64,000 nucleotides of DNA from an uncultured Rhodobacterales bacterium (GTDB taxonomy: Bacteria; Pseudomonadota; Alphaproteobacteria; Rhodobacterales; Rhodobacteraceae). Position numbers and translations under genes: made by a program. The DNA lies in contig CBDUOT010000001.1 in NCBI GenBank assembly GCA_965368915.1, forward strand, positions 672-64,671, written 5' to 3'. Below the pieces are notes generated by a model. The model had not been told where the DNA came from, searched no databases, and was given only the letters and a program-made list of their open reading frames with translations. The number at the start of each line of letters is the position of its first letter. The first letter of the stretch is position 1. Below, piece by piece: positions 9,971-22,240 of the stretch.

Positions 9971-10531
9971 ATGAACACGCGCCCCGATATCCACGACCGA
10001 CTCGCCGCTTCGCTAAAATCGGCACGGAAGTCGAAGGGACTGAGCCTGGACGCGGTGGCCAAGCTGTCGGGCGTGTCGCGCTCCATGGTCAGCCAGATCG
10101 AGCGTGGTGAGTCGAGCCCTACCGTTTCTACGCTCTGGAACCTCACCCAGGCACTGCAAGTCGACTTTGCCGGCCTTCTGGAAGGGCGCACCGCGTCGGG
10201 AATCGAAGTAATCCGCGCCGACGCGGCGCCAGTGATTGCAGGTCGCGGGCAGGGCGTGAGGATCCGGATCCTCTCTCCAGCCGACGCCGCTGGCACCCAC
10301 GAGGTGTATGATCTTGTGTTCAACGTAGATGGAAAACTCGTCAGCGACGCGCACGGGCCGGGGTGCCGGGAGCATTTGACGGTGCTTGAGGGCGCGGTCA
10401 CGGTCGTTTCCGGCGACGAGTCGCAGCGTCTCGGCGTGGGCGATACGGCGCGCTACTTTGCCGACCGGCCGCACCGGATCGAAGCCGAGGGCGGCGCGGC
10501 GCGCGCAATCCTCATCGTTCAGAACAGTTAA
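9971..10531 (+). CDS. XRE-family HTH transcriptional regulator with C-terminal cupin domain
   Basis: From ATG 9971 the protein reads MNTRPDIHDRLAASLKSARKSKGLSLDAVAKLSGVSRSMVSQIERGESSPTVSTLWNL (XRE HTH), followed by a cupin-like beta-barrel tail. The track ORF from 9770 is an N-terminal over-extension. Confidence 0.8.
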   Translation: MNTRPDIHDRLAASLKSARKSKGLSLDAVAKLSGVSRSMVSQIERGESSPTVSTLWNLTQALQVDFAGLLEGRTASGIEVIRADAAPVIAGRGQGVRIRILSPADAAGTHEVYDLVFNVDGKLVSDAHGPGCREHLTVLEGAVTVVSGDESQRLGVGDTARYFADRPHRIEAEGGAARAILIVQNS

Positions 10532-10674
10532 AAGCAAAGGCTATTTTCGTTCACATATCCCCCTAGAGAATTGTGCGAGATAACGGGATTTCCTTGATAG
10601 CGGATTCTATTCCGACATATTGACAGCACAGCAAGGGCGAGGCATTGTTCCGCCATATCGGAGGAGTTTCTGTA

Positions 10675-11865
10675 ATGCCGGAAAACACCGCTTTCCTCGA
10701 CCATCTGACCGGAGTACTCGGCGGAATCGAAGCTGATGGCCTTTACAAGCGCGAGCGGCTGATCTCCTCAGCGCAAGGAGCGCACGTTAAGGTCGCCGGG
10801 CGCGATATGCTGAACCTTTGCGCGAACAACTACCTCGGATTGGCCAACCATCCGAAGCTGATCGAGGCGGCCAAGTCCGCGATGGACGATCACGGCTACG
10901 GCATGGCCTCGGTCCGGTTCATTTGCGGCACTCAGGACCTGCACCGGCAGCTCGAGGACCGGATCGCCCGATTCCTCGGAAAGGACGATTCCATACTCTT
11001 CGCCGCCTGTTTCGATGCGAATGGCGGCTTGTTCGAGCCTCTCCTCGGACCCGAGGACGCGGTGATATCGGACGCGCTGAACCACGCCTCGATCATCGAC
11101 GGCATTCGCCTCTGCAAGGCCAAGCGCTATCGCTACGCGAACTCAGACATGGCGGATCTGGAGACGCAGCTGAAAGCCGCGCGGAATGACGGCGCGCGCT
11201 TCGTCATGATCGCGACGGACGGCGTCTTTTCAATGGACGGATACCTCGCGAAACTGCCCGAGATTGTGGCGCTTGCCGAAAAGTACGGTGCACTCGTGAT
11301 GGTCGACGACTGTCACGCGACCGGCTTCATGGGTCCGAAGGGCGCGGGCACGCCCGCCCATGCGGGGGTCGATGTCGATATCCTGACCGGCACGCTCGGT
11401 AAGGCCTTGGGCGGGGCCCTTGGCGGCTACATCGCCGGCCCGCAGCCCGTCATCGACCTTCTGCGCCAGCGCGCACGGCCCTACCTCTTCTCGAACGCAC
11501 TGCCGCCCGCTGTGGTCGCCGCAGGGATTGCGGCCATCGACCTTGTGGAAGCGGCGGACGATCTGCGCACGCAGCTGTTTGAGAATGCCCGTTACTGGCG
11601 CGCGGGACTTGAGGATGCCGGCTTCACGCTTCTTCCCGGTGAGCATCCCATCATTCCGGTCATGCTGGGCGATGCGAAGCTGGCGCAGGCCATGGCGACA
11701 GAACTTTATGACCGCGGCGTCTATGTCTCGGGCTTCTTCTTCCCGGTCGTCCCGAAGGGGCAGGCGCGCATCCGCACACAAATGAATGCGCGGCTCAGCC
11801 GCGACGATCTCGATTTCGCGCTCGGTGCTTTCAAAAGCGCGGGCAAAGCCGTGGGGGCGATCTGA
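10675..11865 (+). CDS. kbl: Glycine C-acetyltransferase (2-amino-3-ketobutyrate CoA ligase)
   Basis: ATG 10675 is preceded by GGAGGA. Alpha-oxoamine synthase family: [18 protein letters not shown], and PLP-Lys region [10 protein letters not shown]. Immediately followed by tdh. Confidence 0.88.
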   Translation: MPENTAFLDHLTGVLGGIEADGLYKRERLISSAQGAHVKVAGRDMLNLCANNYLGLANHPKLIEAAKSAMDDHGYGMASVRFICGTQDLHRQLEDRIARFLGKDDSILFAACFDANGGLFEPLLGPEDAVISDALNHASIIDGIRLCKAKRYRYANSDMADLETQLKAARNDGARFVMIATDGVFSMDGYLAKLPEIVALAEKYGALVMVDDCHATGFMGPKGAGTPAHAGVDVDILTGTLGKALGGALGGYIAGPQPVIDLLRQRARPYLFSNALPPAVVAAGIAAIDLVEAADDLRTQLFENARYWRAGLEDAGFTLLPGEHPIIPVMLGDAKLAQAMATELYDRGVYVSGFFFPVVPKGQARIRTQMNARLSRDDLDFALGAFKSAGKAVGAI

Positions 11866-12902
11866 TGCGCAACGACATGAAGACGTTGGTGAAGGCGAAG
11901 CCGGAGCCGGGGCTTTGGATGGAGCATCGCGCGGTCCCCGAGATCGGGCCGGACGACGTCCTGATCCGCATTCGCAAGACCGGGATCTGCGGCACCGACA
12001 TCCACATCTGGAACTGGGACGAATGGGCGGCGAAGACCGTTCCCGTGGGTCTCGTGACAGGTCACGAATTCGCGGGCGAAATCGTTGAGATCGGGCGGAA
12101 TGTCGAAGGACTGACCATCGGCCAGCGATGTTCGGGAGAAGGGCACCTGATCGGCAAGCAATCGCGTCAGAGCAGGGCGGGCAAGTTCCACCTCGACCCC
12201 GCCACCCGCGGGATCGGCGTCAACGAGCACGGCGCCTTCGCAGAGTACTTGAAGCTTCCTGCCTTCAACGTGGTGCCACTCCCCGATGAGATCGATGACG
12301 ATATCGGCGCGATCCTCGACCCCTTGGGCAACGCGGTCCACACCGCGCTGAGCTTCGATCTGGTCGGCGAGGACGTGCTGATCACCGGCGCGGGACCGAT
12401 CGGCATCATGGCCGCCGCCGTTGCCCGCCATGTCGGCGCACGGCATGTCGTCATCACCGACGTTAATCAGGACCGTCTCGATCTCGCGGCGCAGGTCACC
12501 GACGTGGTCCCGGTGAACGTCGCCAAGCAAGACCTGCGCGAAGTCGAGGGCGCGCTACGGATGAAGGAAGGCTTCGATGTGGGGCTGGAGATGTCTGGAA
12601 ACCAGGCCGCGTTCGACCAGATGGTGGAAAACCTCGTCATGGGCGGGCGGATCGCGATGCTGGGCATCCCGCCGGGCAAGTCGCCGGTCGACTGGAGCCG
12701 CATCGTCTTCAAGGCCATCACGATCAAGGGCGTGTACGGTCGCGAGATCTTCGAGACCTGGTACAAGATGATCGCGATGCTGGAAAACGGGCTCGACATC
12801 AGGAAGGTCATCACGCACCGCTTTCCTGTCGATCAGTTCCGCGATGGATTCGAGATCATGCGTTCGGGCAAAAGCGGCAAGGTCGTACTCGACTGGGGCT
12901 GA
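11865..12902 (+). CDS. tdh: L-threonine 3-dehydrogenase (zinc-dependent MDR)
   Basis: 345 aa, with [15 protein letters not shown] and [12 protein letters not shown] zinc-ADH motifs and [13 protein letters not shown] Rossmann motif. Its start overlaps the kbl stop, the classic kbl-tdh pair. Confidence 0.9.
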   Translation: MRNDMKTLVKAKPEPGLWMEHRAVPEIGPDDVLIRIRKTGICGTDIHIWNWDEWAAKTVPVGLVTGHEFAGEIVEIGRNVEGLTIGQRCSGEGHLIGKQSRQSRAGKFHLDPATRGIGVNEHGAFAEYLKLPAFNVVPLPDEIDDDIGAILDPLGNAVHTALSFDLVGEDVLITGAGPIGIMAAAVARHVGARHVVITDVNQDRLDLAAQVTDVVPVNVAKQDLREVEGALRMKEGFDVGLEMSGNQAAFDQMVENLVMGGRIAMLGIPPGKSPVDWSRIVFKAITIKGVYGREIFETWYKMIAMLENGLDIRKVITHRFPVDQFRDGFEIMRSGKSGKVVLDWG

Positions 12903-13010
12903 CCTCGTCGACGAAGGCTCAAGAGCTTTGACGATATGGCCGTGAATCCATTTCTGGTAAAACTGCCGTTCTTGGCACAAAAATCAATGTGACAGGATCA
13001 GGAGGGCACG

Positions 13011-13775
13011 ATGAATCAGCAAGCGAAGATTAAGCCCGGCGCGAACATGGAACATTGGCAAGCGCGCGTCGACATGGCCGCCGCCTTCCGCTGGACCGCT
13101 CGGCTGAACATGCACGAGGCGGTTGCCAACCATTTCAGCCTCGCCGTCGACGAAGATGGTTCGAAGTTCCTCATGAACCCAAACCAGGTTCATTTCAGCC
13201 GGATCAAGGCGTCGGACCTTCTGCTCCTCGATGCGAACGATCCCAAGACGATGGACCGCCCTGACGCGCCGGATCCGACCGCATGGGGGCTGCACGGCTC
13301 GATCCACCGCCTATGCCCTCATGCCCGCTGCGTGATGCACGTTCACTCGATCCACGCGACGGTGCTGGCCTGCCTGGCCGACAGTACGCTGCCGCCGATC
13401 GACCAGAACACCGCGACATTCTACGGCCGCCACGTTGTGGACGGAGATTTCGGGGGGCTTGCGTTCGAAGATGAAGGCGCACGCTGCGCGGGCATGCTGA
13501 ACGATCCGAAGATCAAGGTCATGATCATGGGCAACCACGGGGTGCTGGTGATCGGAAGCGACGTGGCCGATACGTTCAACCGGCTCTACTATTTCGAGCG
13601 CGCCGCAGAAACATACATCCGCGCGCTGCAAACGGGCCAGCCTCTGCGTGTGCTGAGCGCGGAGGTCGCGGAGAAGACCGCGCAAGAGCTTGACGACTAT
13701 CCCGATCAGGCAGAGCGGCATCTGGCCGAACTCAAGGCGATCCTGGACGACGAGGGTTCGACCTACGCCAGCTGA
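13011..13775 (+). CDS. Class II aldolase/adducin-domain protein
   Basis: 254 aa. The histidine cluster (HGSIHRLCPHARCVMHVHS) and overall pattern fit the fuculose-phosphate-aldolase-like class II aldolase fold. Confidence 0.7.
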   Translation: MNQQAKIKPGANMEHWQARVDMAAAFRWTARLNMHEAVANHFSLAVDEDGSKFLMNPNQVHFSRIKASDLLLLDANDPKTMDRPDAPDPTAWGLHGSIHRLCPHARCVMHVHSIHATVLACLADSTLPPIDQNTATFYGRHVVDGDFGGLAFEDEGARCAGMLNDPKIKVMIMGNHGVLVIGSDVADTFNRLYYFERAAETYIRALQTGQPLRVLSAEVAEKTAQELDDYPDQAERHLAELKAILDDEGSTYAS

Positions 13776-13822
13776 CGTCGACGGGTCGCGTCGATCATTG
13801 CTGGCGCAGGTCTGATCGGCCC

Positions 13823-13960
13823 CTACTGCGCGTCCTGCGCGGCGTCCGTCACCGCCTCACCGGCGGACTCGATATCACGCCCGGCGCCTTCGACCGTTTC
13901 GCACGCGGAAAGGACGAAAGCCGACAGGATGGCGAGGGCGGAAAAGGTCTTGCTGAACAT
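13823..13960 (-). CDS. Entericidin EcnA/B-family small lipoprotein
   Basis: The internal Met gives the 45-aa protein MFSKTFSALAILSAFVLSACETVEGAGRDIESAGEAVTDAAQDAQ. It has a lipobox (LSAC) and the entericidin-like GxGxD core. The track ORF (to 14071) is over-extended. Confidence 0.7.
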   Translation of the reverse strand: MFSKTFSALAILSAFVLSACETVEGAGRDIESAGEAVTDAAQDAQ

Positions 13961-14103
13961 GGTATCTCCGATGCTGTTGCTACACCTGTGCAACGCGGGG
14001 AGCGCGGCATGGGTTCCACCTTGCGCTTGCGTCTGCCGTTCAACGTGCCCGCCCACCAAATCTTGTGTCATCGGCGTGACAATCCCCCCCGGAGCACCTA
14101 TAA

Positions 14104-16572
<2,469 letters not shown>

Positions 16573-16963
16573 GAGCTTTTCGGCGGACGGACGTTTTTTA
16601 GCCTCCGTGCCGCCCCGACAGGGCCGATCCCGTTCTTTGACGGGCTCGGTTAGGTCAACCGCATATGTCTGCTGCCTCAGGCGCTGCAGGCACGAAGCGC
16701 TGGCCCCAATTGGCGCGCAGGCCATGCTGACCGACGGTATCGCCTGCGCCTATCGCGCGAGTCACGACTGGCTCGTCGTGACTGCGGGCGTCCAGTAAGT
16801 TCTGAGCTCCGTATGCGATCAGCGCAACGCGACGCCTTCTCTCTTGGCCGCCACCGTCAGAGGGTTTGCTTACGCGGAAGCGCGAAGCGATAACGGTCAC
16901 CTACTCCGCCTCTGCGAACTCATGCGCCCGCAACACGCCTCCAGTCAGCTATCCGCCCAAGCG

Positions 16964-17626
16964 TCATTCAAGCACGCGTTCCGGATCGTTGAGCGTCGGC
17001 ACTTGCAGGCTCCATTCGTAATAGTCGCCTGATGTCGATCTCTGATAGAGGCGCTCAAGGTCGTGCAGTGGTGTCTTGCTATCATCGATTCGCAGGGTCA
17101 ACGGCGCGCGATCCGGCGAAAGTACGAGAAGCGCCGCTGACATAAGCCCGCGAGAGTCTCCTCCTGACTCATCGCCTGCCTTCAAGGCCTTCAGCAGTCG
17201 GCGCGCGAAGCAGCCTTCGGCAGCAAGAAAGCTCTCCGCGATCGCGTCGAGCACGGCTTCGGACGAAAGCAGGTTGCCCGTAACCACGCCACCTTGGACG
17301 AATCGGCTGCCCATCGCTGGTGTGTTCTGCTTCCCGGTGAAGGCTGCGACCCGACCGTCCGGTGAAAGTGCGGCGAGTTGCCGATACTCGCGCCCGCGAT
17401 CCGCCTCCGTCTCGGCATCAACAGCCTCTTGCGGAGAGCGCCCAGCGCGCATCGACTCGAGCACCGCTTCACCCCAGAGCGTACTGGGTGCAGCCCCCTG
17501 GCTTGCGGAAAGGCCCGCGTCGAAGTGGCCTCGTAGCACCCATCCGCCCACGCATAGACTGCCGGTCGCGGCGGCACCGCCAATTGCGCCGGTTTCAGGG
17601 TCTCGCGCAAGAATCGAAAACGTCAT
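16964..17626 (-). CDS. DUF1028-family protein (Ntn-hydrolase-like fold)
   Basis: Only the last 221 codons of the 786-aa track ORF are credible: MTFSILARDPETGAIGGAAATGSLCVGGWV...GDSRGLMSAALLV. The MTFSI(L/V)ARD start is typical of DUF1028. The rest of that ORF is antisense to the ABC binding-protein gene. Confidence 0.7.
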   Translation of the reverse strand: MTFSILARDPETGAIGGAAATGSLCVGGWVLRGHFDAGLSASQGAAPSTLWGEAVLESMRAGRSPQEAVDAETEADRGREYRQLAALSPDGRVAAFTGKQNTPAMGSRFVQGGVVTGNLLSSEAVLDAIAESFLAAEGCFARRLLKALKAGDESGGDSRGLMSAALLVLSPDRAPLTLRIDDSKTPLHDLERLYQRSTSGDYYEWSLQVPTLNDPERVLE

Positions 17627-17653
17627 GTCTCTGCCGATTGCATTATGTTTCGT

Positions 17654-17696
17654 ATTTATCATGAAAAATTGACCTTTGCAATTTATCATGATAAAT
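17654..17696. promoter_or_regulatory. Tandem operator-like palindromes in the divergent DUF1028 / ABC-transporter promoter
   Basis: A perfect 16-bp palindrome ATTTATCATGATAAAT lies at 17681-17696. A one-mismatch copy ATTTATCATGAAAAAT lies at 17654-17669. The centres are 27 bp apart, in the only strongly AT-rich patch of this region. Confidence 0.45.
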
Positions 17697-17728
17697 AGGC
17701 CCGATATGCCAACTTGGGAGAAGGCCCG

Positions 17729-19306
17729 ATGAAACTCTTCAACTGGACGCGCCGGGGGCTGTTCGCCGCTGTCGGCGCCGCGCTGGCTTTGGGTATGCCT
17801 TGGCAAATGGCAGAGGCGCAGACGCCTTCGGGTGTCCTGATCGTCGGCCAGATTGCCGAACCGAAATCGCTCGACCCGGCGGCTGTGACTGCAGTGAACG
17901 ACTTCCGTATTCTCGTGAACCTGTACGAGGGATTGGTGCGCTATAAATCCGGCACACTGGAAGTCGAACCGGGGCTTGCGACCGACTGGGCGATCAGTGA
18001 GGACGGAACGGAATACACCTTCACCCTGCGCGAAGGCGTCACATTCCATGACGGAACACCTTTCAACGCCGAGGCCGTGAAGTTCAATTTCGACCGGATG
18101 CTGGATGAATCCCATCCCTTCCACGATACCGGACCTTTCCCGCTCGCCTTCTTCTTCAGCGCAGTCGAGACTACCGAAGCGGTCGACGAACTGACGGTGA
18201 AGTTCACGCTGAACGCGCCTTACGCACCGTTCCTTTCGAACCTCGCCTATCCGACGGGTCTCATCGTGTCGCCCGCCGCCGTGGAGGCGAATGGCGCCGA
18301 TTTCGGCCGCAGCCCATCCGGCACGGGACCGTTCAAGTTTGCTGAATGGAGGTCGAACGAAGCCGTCGTCATCGAGCGGAACCCGGACTACTGGGGTGAC
18401 CCGGCAGGGACGGACGCGGTTGTCTTCCGGCCGATCACCGACGCCAACACCCGCGTTGCCGAGATGCTTGCCGGTGGGATCGACATGATGGTCGAGGTGC
18501 CGCCCACGTCGCTCTCGCAGTTCGGCGGAGATGCCTTCAACATCGTCGAGCAGGCGGGCCCGCACTTGTGGTTCCTGATTCTGAACGCCAAGGAAGGGCC
18601 ATTCGCCGATCAACGCGTGCGCCAGGCCGCGAACTACGCGATCAACAAGGAAGCCATCGTCAACGACGTCCTCGAAGGCACTGCCGACGTGGCCGCCGGT
18701 CCGACGCCGCCGGCCTTCGCCTGGGCTTACAACAGCGACCTCGATCCCTATCCCTACGATCCCGAGAAAGCCAAGGCGCTTCTGGCCGAAGCAGGCGCGG
18801 AAGGCGCGTCTCTGACCTTCTACGTGACCGAGGGTGGTTCGGGCATGCTCGATCCCGTTCCGATGGGCACCGCAATTCAGGCCGATCTGGCGGCAGTCGG
18901 GCTCGATGTGAAGATCGAGACCTATGAGTGGAACACCTTCCTCGGAGAGGTGAACCCCGGCCTCGAAGGCAAAGCGGACATGGCCGAGATGGCGTGGATG
19001 ACGAATGATCCCGACACTCTGCCCTATCTCGCGCTTCGTACCGAGGCATGGCCCGACAAGGGCGGCTTCAACTCGGGCTACTATTCGAACCCCGAAGTCG
19101 ACCAGCTTCTCGAAGCCGCGCGGACCTCGACTGATCAGGAGGAGCGCGCGCGCCTTTACCGAGAGATGCAGACGATCGTGAAGGAGGATGCACCCTGGGT
19201 CTTCGTCGCAAACTGGAAACAGAACGCCGTGACCAGCGACCGCGTGGAGAACTTCCAGCTTGAGCCGTCCTTCCTGCTGCATCTGCAGGATGTGGTGAAG
19301 AACTGA
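17729..19306 (+). CDS. ABC transporter substrate-binding protein, family 5 (peptide/nickel/opine type)
   Basis: ATG 17729 follows GGGAGAAGG. Signal peptide MKLFNWTRRGLFAAVGAALALGMPWQMAEAQ, then the SBP_bac_5 pattern (LDPA...NLYEGLV...). Confidence 0.88.
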   Translation: MKLFNWTRRGLFAAVGAALALGMPWQMAEAQTPSGVLIVGQIAEPKSLDPAAVTAVNDFRILVNLYEGLVRYKSGTLEVEPGLATDWAISEDGTEYTFTLREGVTFHDGTPFNAEAVKFNFDRMLDESHPFHDTGPFPLAFFFSAVETTEAVDELTVKFTLNAPYAPFLSNLAYPTGLIVSPAAVEANGADFGRSPSGTGPFKFAEWRSNEAVVIERNPDYWGDPAGTDAVVFRPITDANTRVAEMLAGGIDMMVEVPPTSLSQFGGDAFNIVEQAGPHLWFLILNAKEGPFADQRVRQAANYAINKEAIVNDVLEGTADVAAGPTPPAFAWAYNSDLDPYPYDPEKAKALLAEAGAEGASLTFYVTEGGSGMLDPVPMGTAIQADLAAVGLDVKIETYEWNTFLGEVNPGLEGKADMAEMAWMTNDPDTLPYLALRTEAWPDKGGFNSGYYSNPEVDQLLEAARTSTDQEERARLYREMQTIVKEDAPWVFVANWKQNAVTSDRVENFQLEPSFLLHLQDVVKN

Positions 19307-19412
19307 ACGAACGGGCGGGGCCAAACACTGCGCTCCGCCCGCCCTGCGATCACCCGAAGTCTGGCGCCGTGTCTTGCAAGGGCACGTGCCCCGTTCCCTC
19401 CGGAGGCGAGAG

Positions 19413-20360
19413 GTGGGCAGCTACATATTCAAGCGACTGATCTCGGCCGTGCCCGTTTTGCTCGGTATCACGATCATCGTCTTCCTGATCATGGCTATGA
19501 TCCCGGGCGATCCGGCCACCGCGATCCTCGGCAGCTACGCGACGCCGGAAAACGTCGAGAAGCTGAACCGCGATCTCGGGCTCGATAAGCCTCTGGTTCA
19601 GCGCTACTTCATCTGGCTCGGCAACATGCTTACCGGTGACTTCGGGCGATCATTCTCGCTCAACCGACCGGTTCTGGACGAGGTGCTGGAGCGCTTCAAC
19701 GCGACGCTCATTCTTGCTGGCGTGTCCTTCGTTCTCTGCGCGGTTCTGGGCATTCTTGCCGGCGTCGTGTCGGCTGCGCGGCAATACGGGCTGGCCGACA
19801 AGGTGATTACCTTCACGGTTCTCATCGGCATCTCGGTACCGTCCTTTTTCCTCGGCATGATGATGATCCTCCTCTTCGCCGTGAACCTGCGCTGGCTGCC
19901 TGTCTCGGGCATGTACGCGATATACGGTGGGGGGGATTTGCCGGACCTTCTTTACCACCTGATAATGCCCGCGCTCGCGCTGTCCGCCGTGGCCACCGGG
20001 GTCATCGCGCGCCTCTCGCGCTCCGCGATGCTGGAGGTGCTCCGGCAGGACTACATCCGCACGGCGCGCGCCAAGGGCGTTCCGGAACGGCGGGTGATCA
20101 TGGGTCACGCCCTTCGTGCCGCCATGGTCTCGATCATTCCGATTCTGGGCATCCAGGCGGGCTTTGTCCTGTCGGGCGCGGTCTACATCGAGATCGTATT
20201 CCAGTGGCCCGGCGTGGGCCGCATGCTTGTCGATGCAATCCTCAAGCGTGACATCCTGCTGGTTCAGGGCGGCGTGGTCCTCGTCGCGGCCTGCTACGTG
20301 ATGTTCAACATCGCAGTCGATGTCGCCCAAAGCCTTCTCGACCCAAGGATCAAGACGTGA
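19413..20360 (+). CDS. ABC transporter permease (DppB/OppB-like)
   Basis: A GTG 19413 start gives (M)GSYIFKRLISAVPVLLGITIIVFLIM, the canonical DppB N-terminus. The EAA-loop region is YIRTARAKGVPERRVIMGHALR. TTG 19374 is the alternative start. Confidence 0.85.
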   Translation: MGSYIFKRLISAVPVLLGITIIVFLIMAMIPGDPATAILGSYATPENVEKLNRDLGLDKPLVQRYFIWLGNMLTGDFGRSFSLNRPVLDEVLERFNATLILAGVSFVLCAVLGILAGVVSAARQYGLADKVITFTVLIGISVPSFFLGMMMILLFAVNLRWLPVSGMYAIYGGGDLPDLLYHLIMPALALSAVATGVIARLSRSAMLEVLRQDYIRTARAKGVPERRVIMGHALRAAMVSIIPILGIQAGFVLSGAVYIEIVFQWPGVGRMLVDAILKRDILLVQGGVVLVAACYVMFNIAVDVAQSLLDPRIKT

Positions 20361-22240
20361 GCGGGTTCCTGAAGCTGCTGTTCCGCAACCGGCTGGCCGC
20401 GATGGGGGCCGTCGTTCTGGCGTTCGTCCTTGTCGCAGCGATCATCGCACCGCTCTTGCCGTTGCAGGCGCCAAACATCACCTCGACAGGAGATCGTTTC
20501 ATACGACCCTTTAGCGAGGGGCACATCCTTGGCACCGATCATCTGGGCCGCGACCTGCTGTCACGTTTGTTGCATGGAACGCGGCTGTCGCTTGCCATCG
20601 GCATCGCAGCCGCTTTGATCGCGGGCACGATCGGCTCGGCGATCGGCATCATCGCCGGCTATTTCGGGGGCCGGACAGACAACCTGATCATGCGCGGCGT
20701 CGACATGCTGATGGCCTTTCCCTACATCCTGCTCGCTCTCGCCATCGTTGCAGCACTCGGGCCGGGCTTGATGAACGCTTTGGTCGCCGTCGCCGCCGTC
20801 AATATCCCGTTCTTCGCGCGCAACATCCGCGGCGTTACCGTTGGCCTCGCCGGGCGTGAGTTCATCGACGCGGCGCGGCTGTCGGGAATGGGAAACACCC
20901 GCATCATTCTGTTCGAGCTTTTGCCGAATGTCCTGCCGGTCATCGTCATCGCGATGTCGACCACGGTTGGTTGGATGATCCTTGAGACGGCGGGGCTTTC
21001 GTTCCTCGGCCTCGGCTCTCAACCTCCGCAAGCCGATCTCGGCTCGATGCTGGGCGAGGCGCGTTCGGCGCTGATCACCTCGCCACATACATCGATCGTG
21101 CCGGGCGTCATGATCTTCCTGATCGTGATGAGCATTAATCTTCTGGGCGACGGCGTGCGCGATGCGCTCGACCCGCGCTTGCGGTCTGGCGCGCTGAGCC
21201 GACCGCGCGCGACAACGCTTGTCGATCGTAAAGGCGATGTTCCCGGGGCCACCGACGATCTTCTGGCCATCCAGAGCCTGAAGACCGAGTTTCGCGTTGG
21301 CGAACGCATCTACAAGGCCGTCGGCGGCGTCAGTTTGGCGGTTAAGCCCGGTGAGTGCCTCGGCGTGATCGGCGAGTCGGGTTCAGGCAAGTCCGTCACA
21401 GCACTTTCCGTGATGGGCCTTGTCGCTTCGCCGCCCGGTGTCATCACCGGCGGTGCCGTGCGCTTCGAAGGCGAGGACCTGATCGGCGCGCCCTATGCGA
21501 CCCTGCGGCAGAAGCGCGGCAACCGCGTCGCTTACATCTTCCAGGATCCGCTCTCGACACTGCACCCGCTCTACCGCGTGGGTGACCAACTCATCGAGGC
21601 GATCCAATCTCATGAGAGCGTGAGCAAGGATAGGGCGCGCGCCCGTGCGGTCGAATTGCTGCAGGCCGTGCGCATCCCGAATGCAGAAAGCCGAATTGGG
21701 AACTTTCCGCATGAAATGTCTGGAGGGATGCGGCAGCGGGTCGGCATCGCGATGGCGCTCGCCAACGATCCCGACGTGATCATCGCGGACGAACCGACAA
21801 CCGCGCTCGATGTGACGGTACAGGCGCAGATTCTCGCGCTCCTCGACGATCTCCGGCGCGACCGGGGTCTCGCCATCATCTTCATCACGCATGACTTCGG
21901 TGTCGTGGCCCAACTGTGCGACCGAGTGGCGGTTATGTATGCAGGCCGGATCGTGGAAGAAGGGCCTACCAAGGCGGTGCTCGCCGCGCCAGCCCATCCC
22001 TACACCAAGCGCCTGATCGCCTGCGTGCCTGAATTGGGTCAAGGAAGACGAAAACTGGCAGCGATCCCCGGTATGCCGCCGGCGGTCGATGATCTGCCCG
22101 AAGGCTGTGCCTTCGCACCACGCTGCGACAAGGCGAGAGATCCCTGTCGCGTGGGAGAGGTTGCCCTGACCGCCAGCGGATCGCGTGCGGTGCGCTGTCA
22201 CTTCCCCGAGGAGGGTATCCATGCACGCTCTGCGGGTTGA
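20357..22240 (+). CDS. Fused ABC transporter permease (DppC-like) and ATP-binding protein (DppD-like)
   Basis: Single 627-aa ORF. Residues 1-~285 are a DppC-type permease ending in the usual DALDPRLR. A ~25-aa in-frame linker follows, then an ABC ATPase with Walker A GESGSGKS, signature MSGGMRQRV and Walker B VIIADEPTTALD. The GTG start overlaps the preceding stop. Confidence 0.85.
   Translation: MSGFLKLLFRNRLAAMGAVVLAFVLVAAIIAPLLPLQAPNITSTGDRFIRPFSEGHILGTDHLGRDLLSRLLHGTRLSLAIGIAAALIAGTIGSAIGIIAGYFGGRTDNLIMRGVDMLMAFPYILLALAIVAALGPGLMNALVAVAAVNIPFFARNIRGVTVGLAGREFIDAARLSGMGNTRIILFELLPNVLPVIVIAMSTTVGWMILETAGLSFLGLGSQPPQADLGSMLGEARSALITSPHTSIVPGVMIFLIVMSINLLGDGVRDALDPRLRSGALSRPRATTLVDRKGDVPGATDDLLAIQSLKTEFRVGERIYKAVGGVSLAVKPGECLGVIGESGSGKSVTALSVMGLVASPPGVITGGAVRFEGEDLIGAPYATLRQKRGNRVAYIFQDPLSTLHPLYRVGDQLIEAIQSHESVSKDRARARAVELLQAVRIPNAESRIGNFPHEMSGGMRQRVGIAMALANDPDVIIADEPTTALDVTVQAQILALLDDLRRDRGLAIIFITHDFGVVAQLCDRVAVMYAGRIVEEGPTKAVLAAPAHPYTKRLIACVPELGQGRRKLAAIPGMPPAVDDLPEGCAFAPRCDKARDPCRVGEVALTASGSRAVRCHFPEEGIHARSAG

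Noticed and set aside
16575-16615. Possible terminator after gyrB (GGCGGACGGA ... TCCGTGCCGCC around a T-rich loop)
   Set aside because: The stem is interrupted by a bulge, and the T-run lies in the loop rather than after the stem. It is not convincing as an intrinsic terminator.
16573-16963. 391-bp gap between gyrB and the DUF1028 gene, containing short ORFs (16550-16798 plus strand, 16655-16900 minus strand)
   Set aside because: I hand-counted third-position GC of the 81-codon minus-strand ORF at about 63%, clearly below what the confident genes here show by eye. No motif, RNA-gene-like structure or repeat was recognised, so I left it unannotated. It could hold a small RNA or gene remnant that I cannot see.
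17627-19324. Upper ~1.7 kb of the 786-aa minus-strand ORF (16964-19324)
   Set aside because: It runs antisense across the promoter region and the whole ABC substrate-binding gene. Its translation is Arg/Gly/His-rich with no recognisable domains, typical of antisense frames in high-GC DNA. Only the last 221 codons (DUF1028) are credible.
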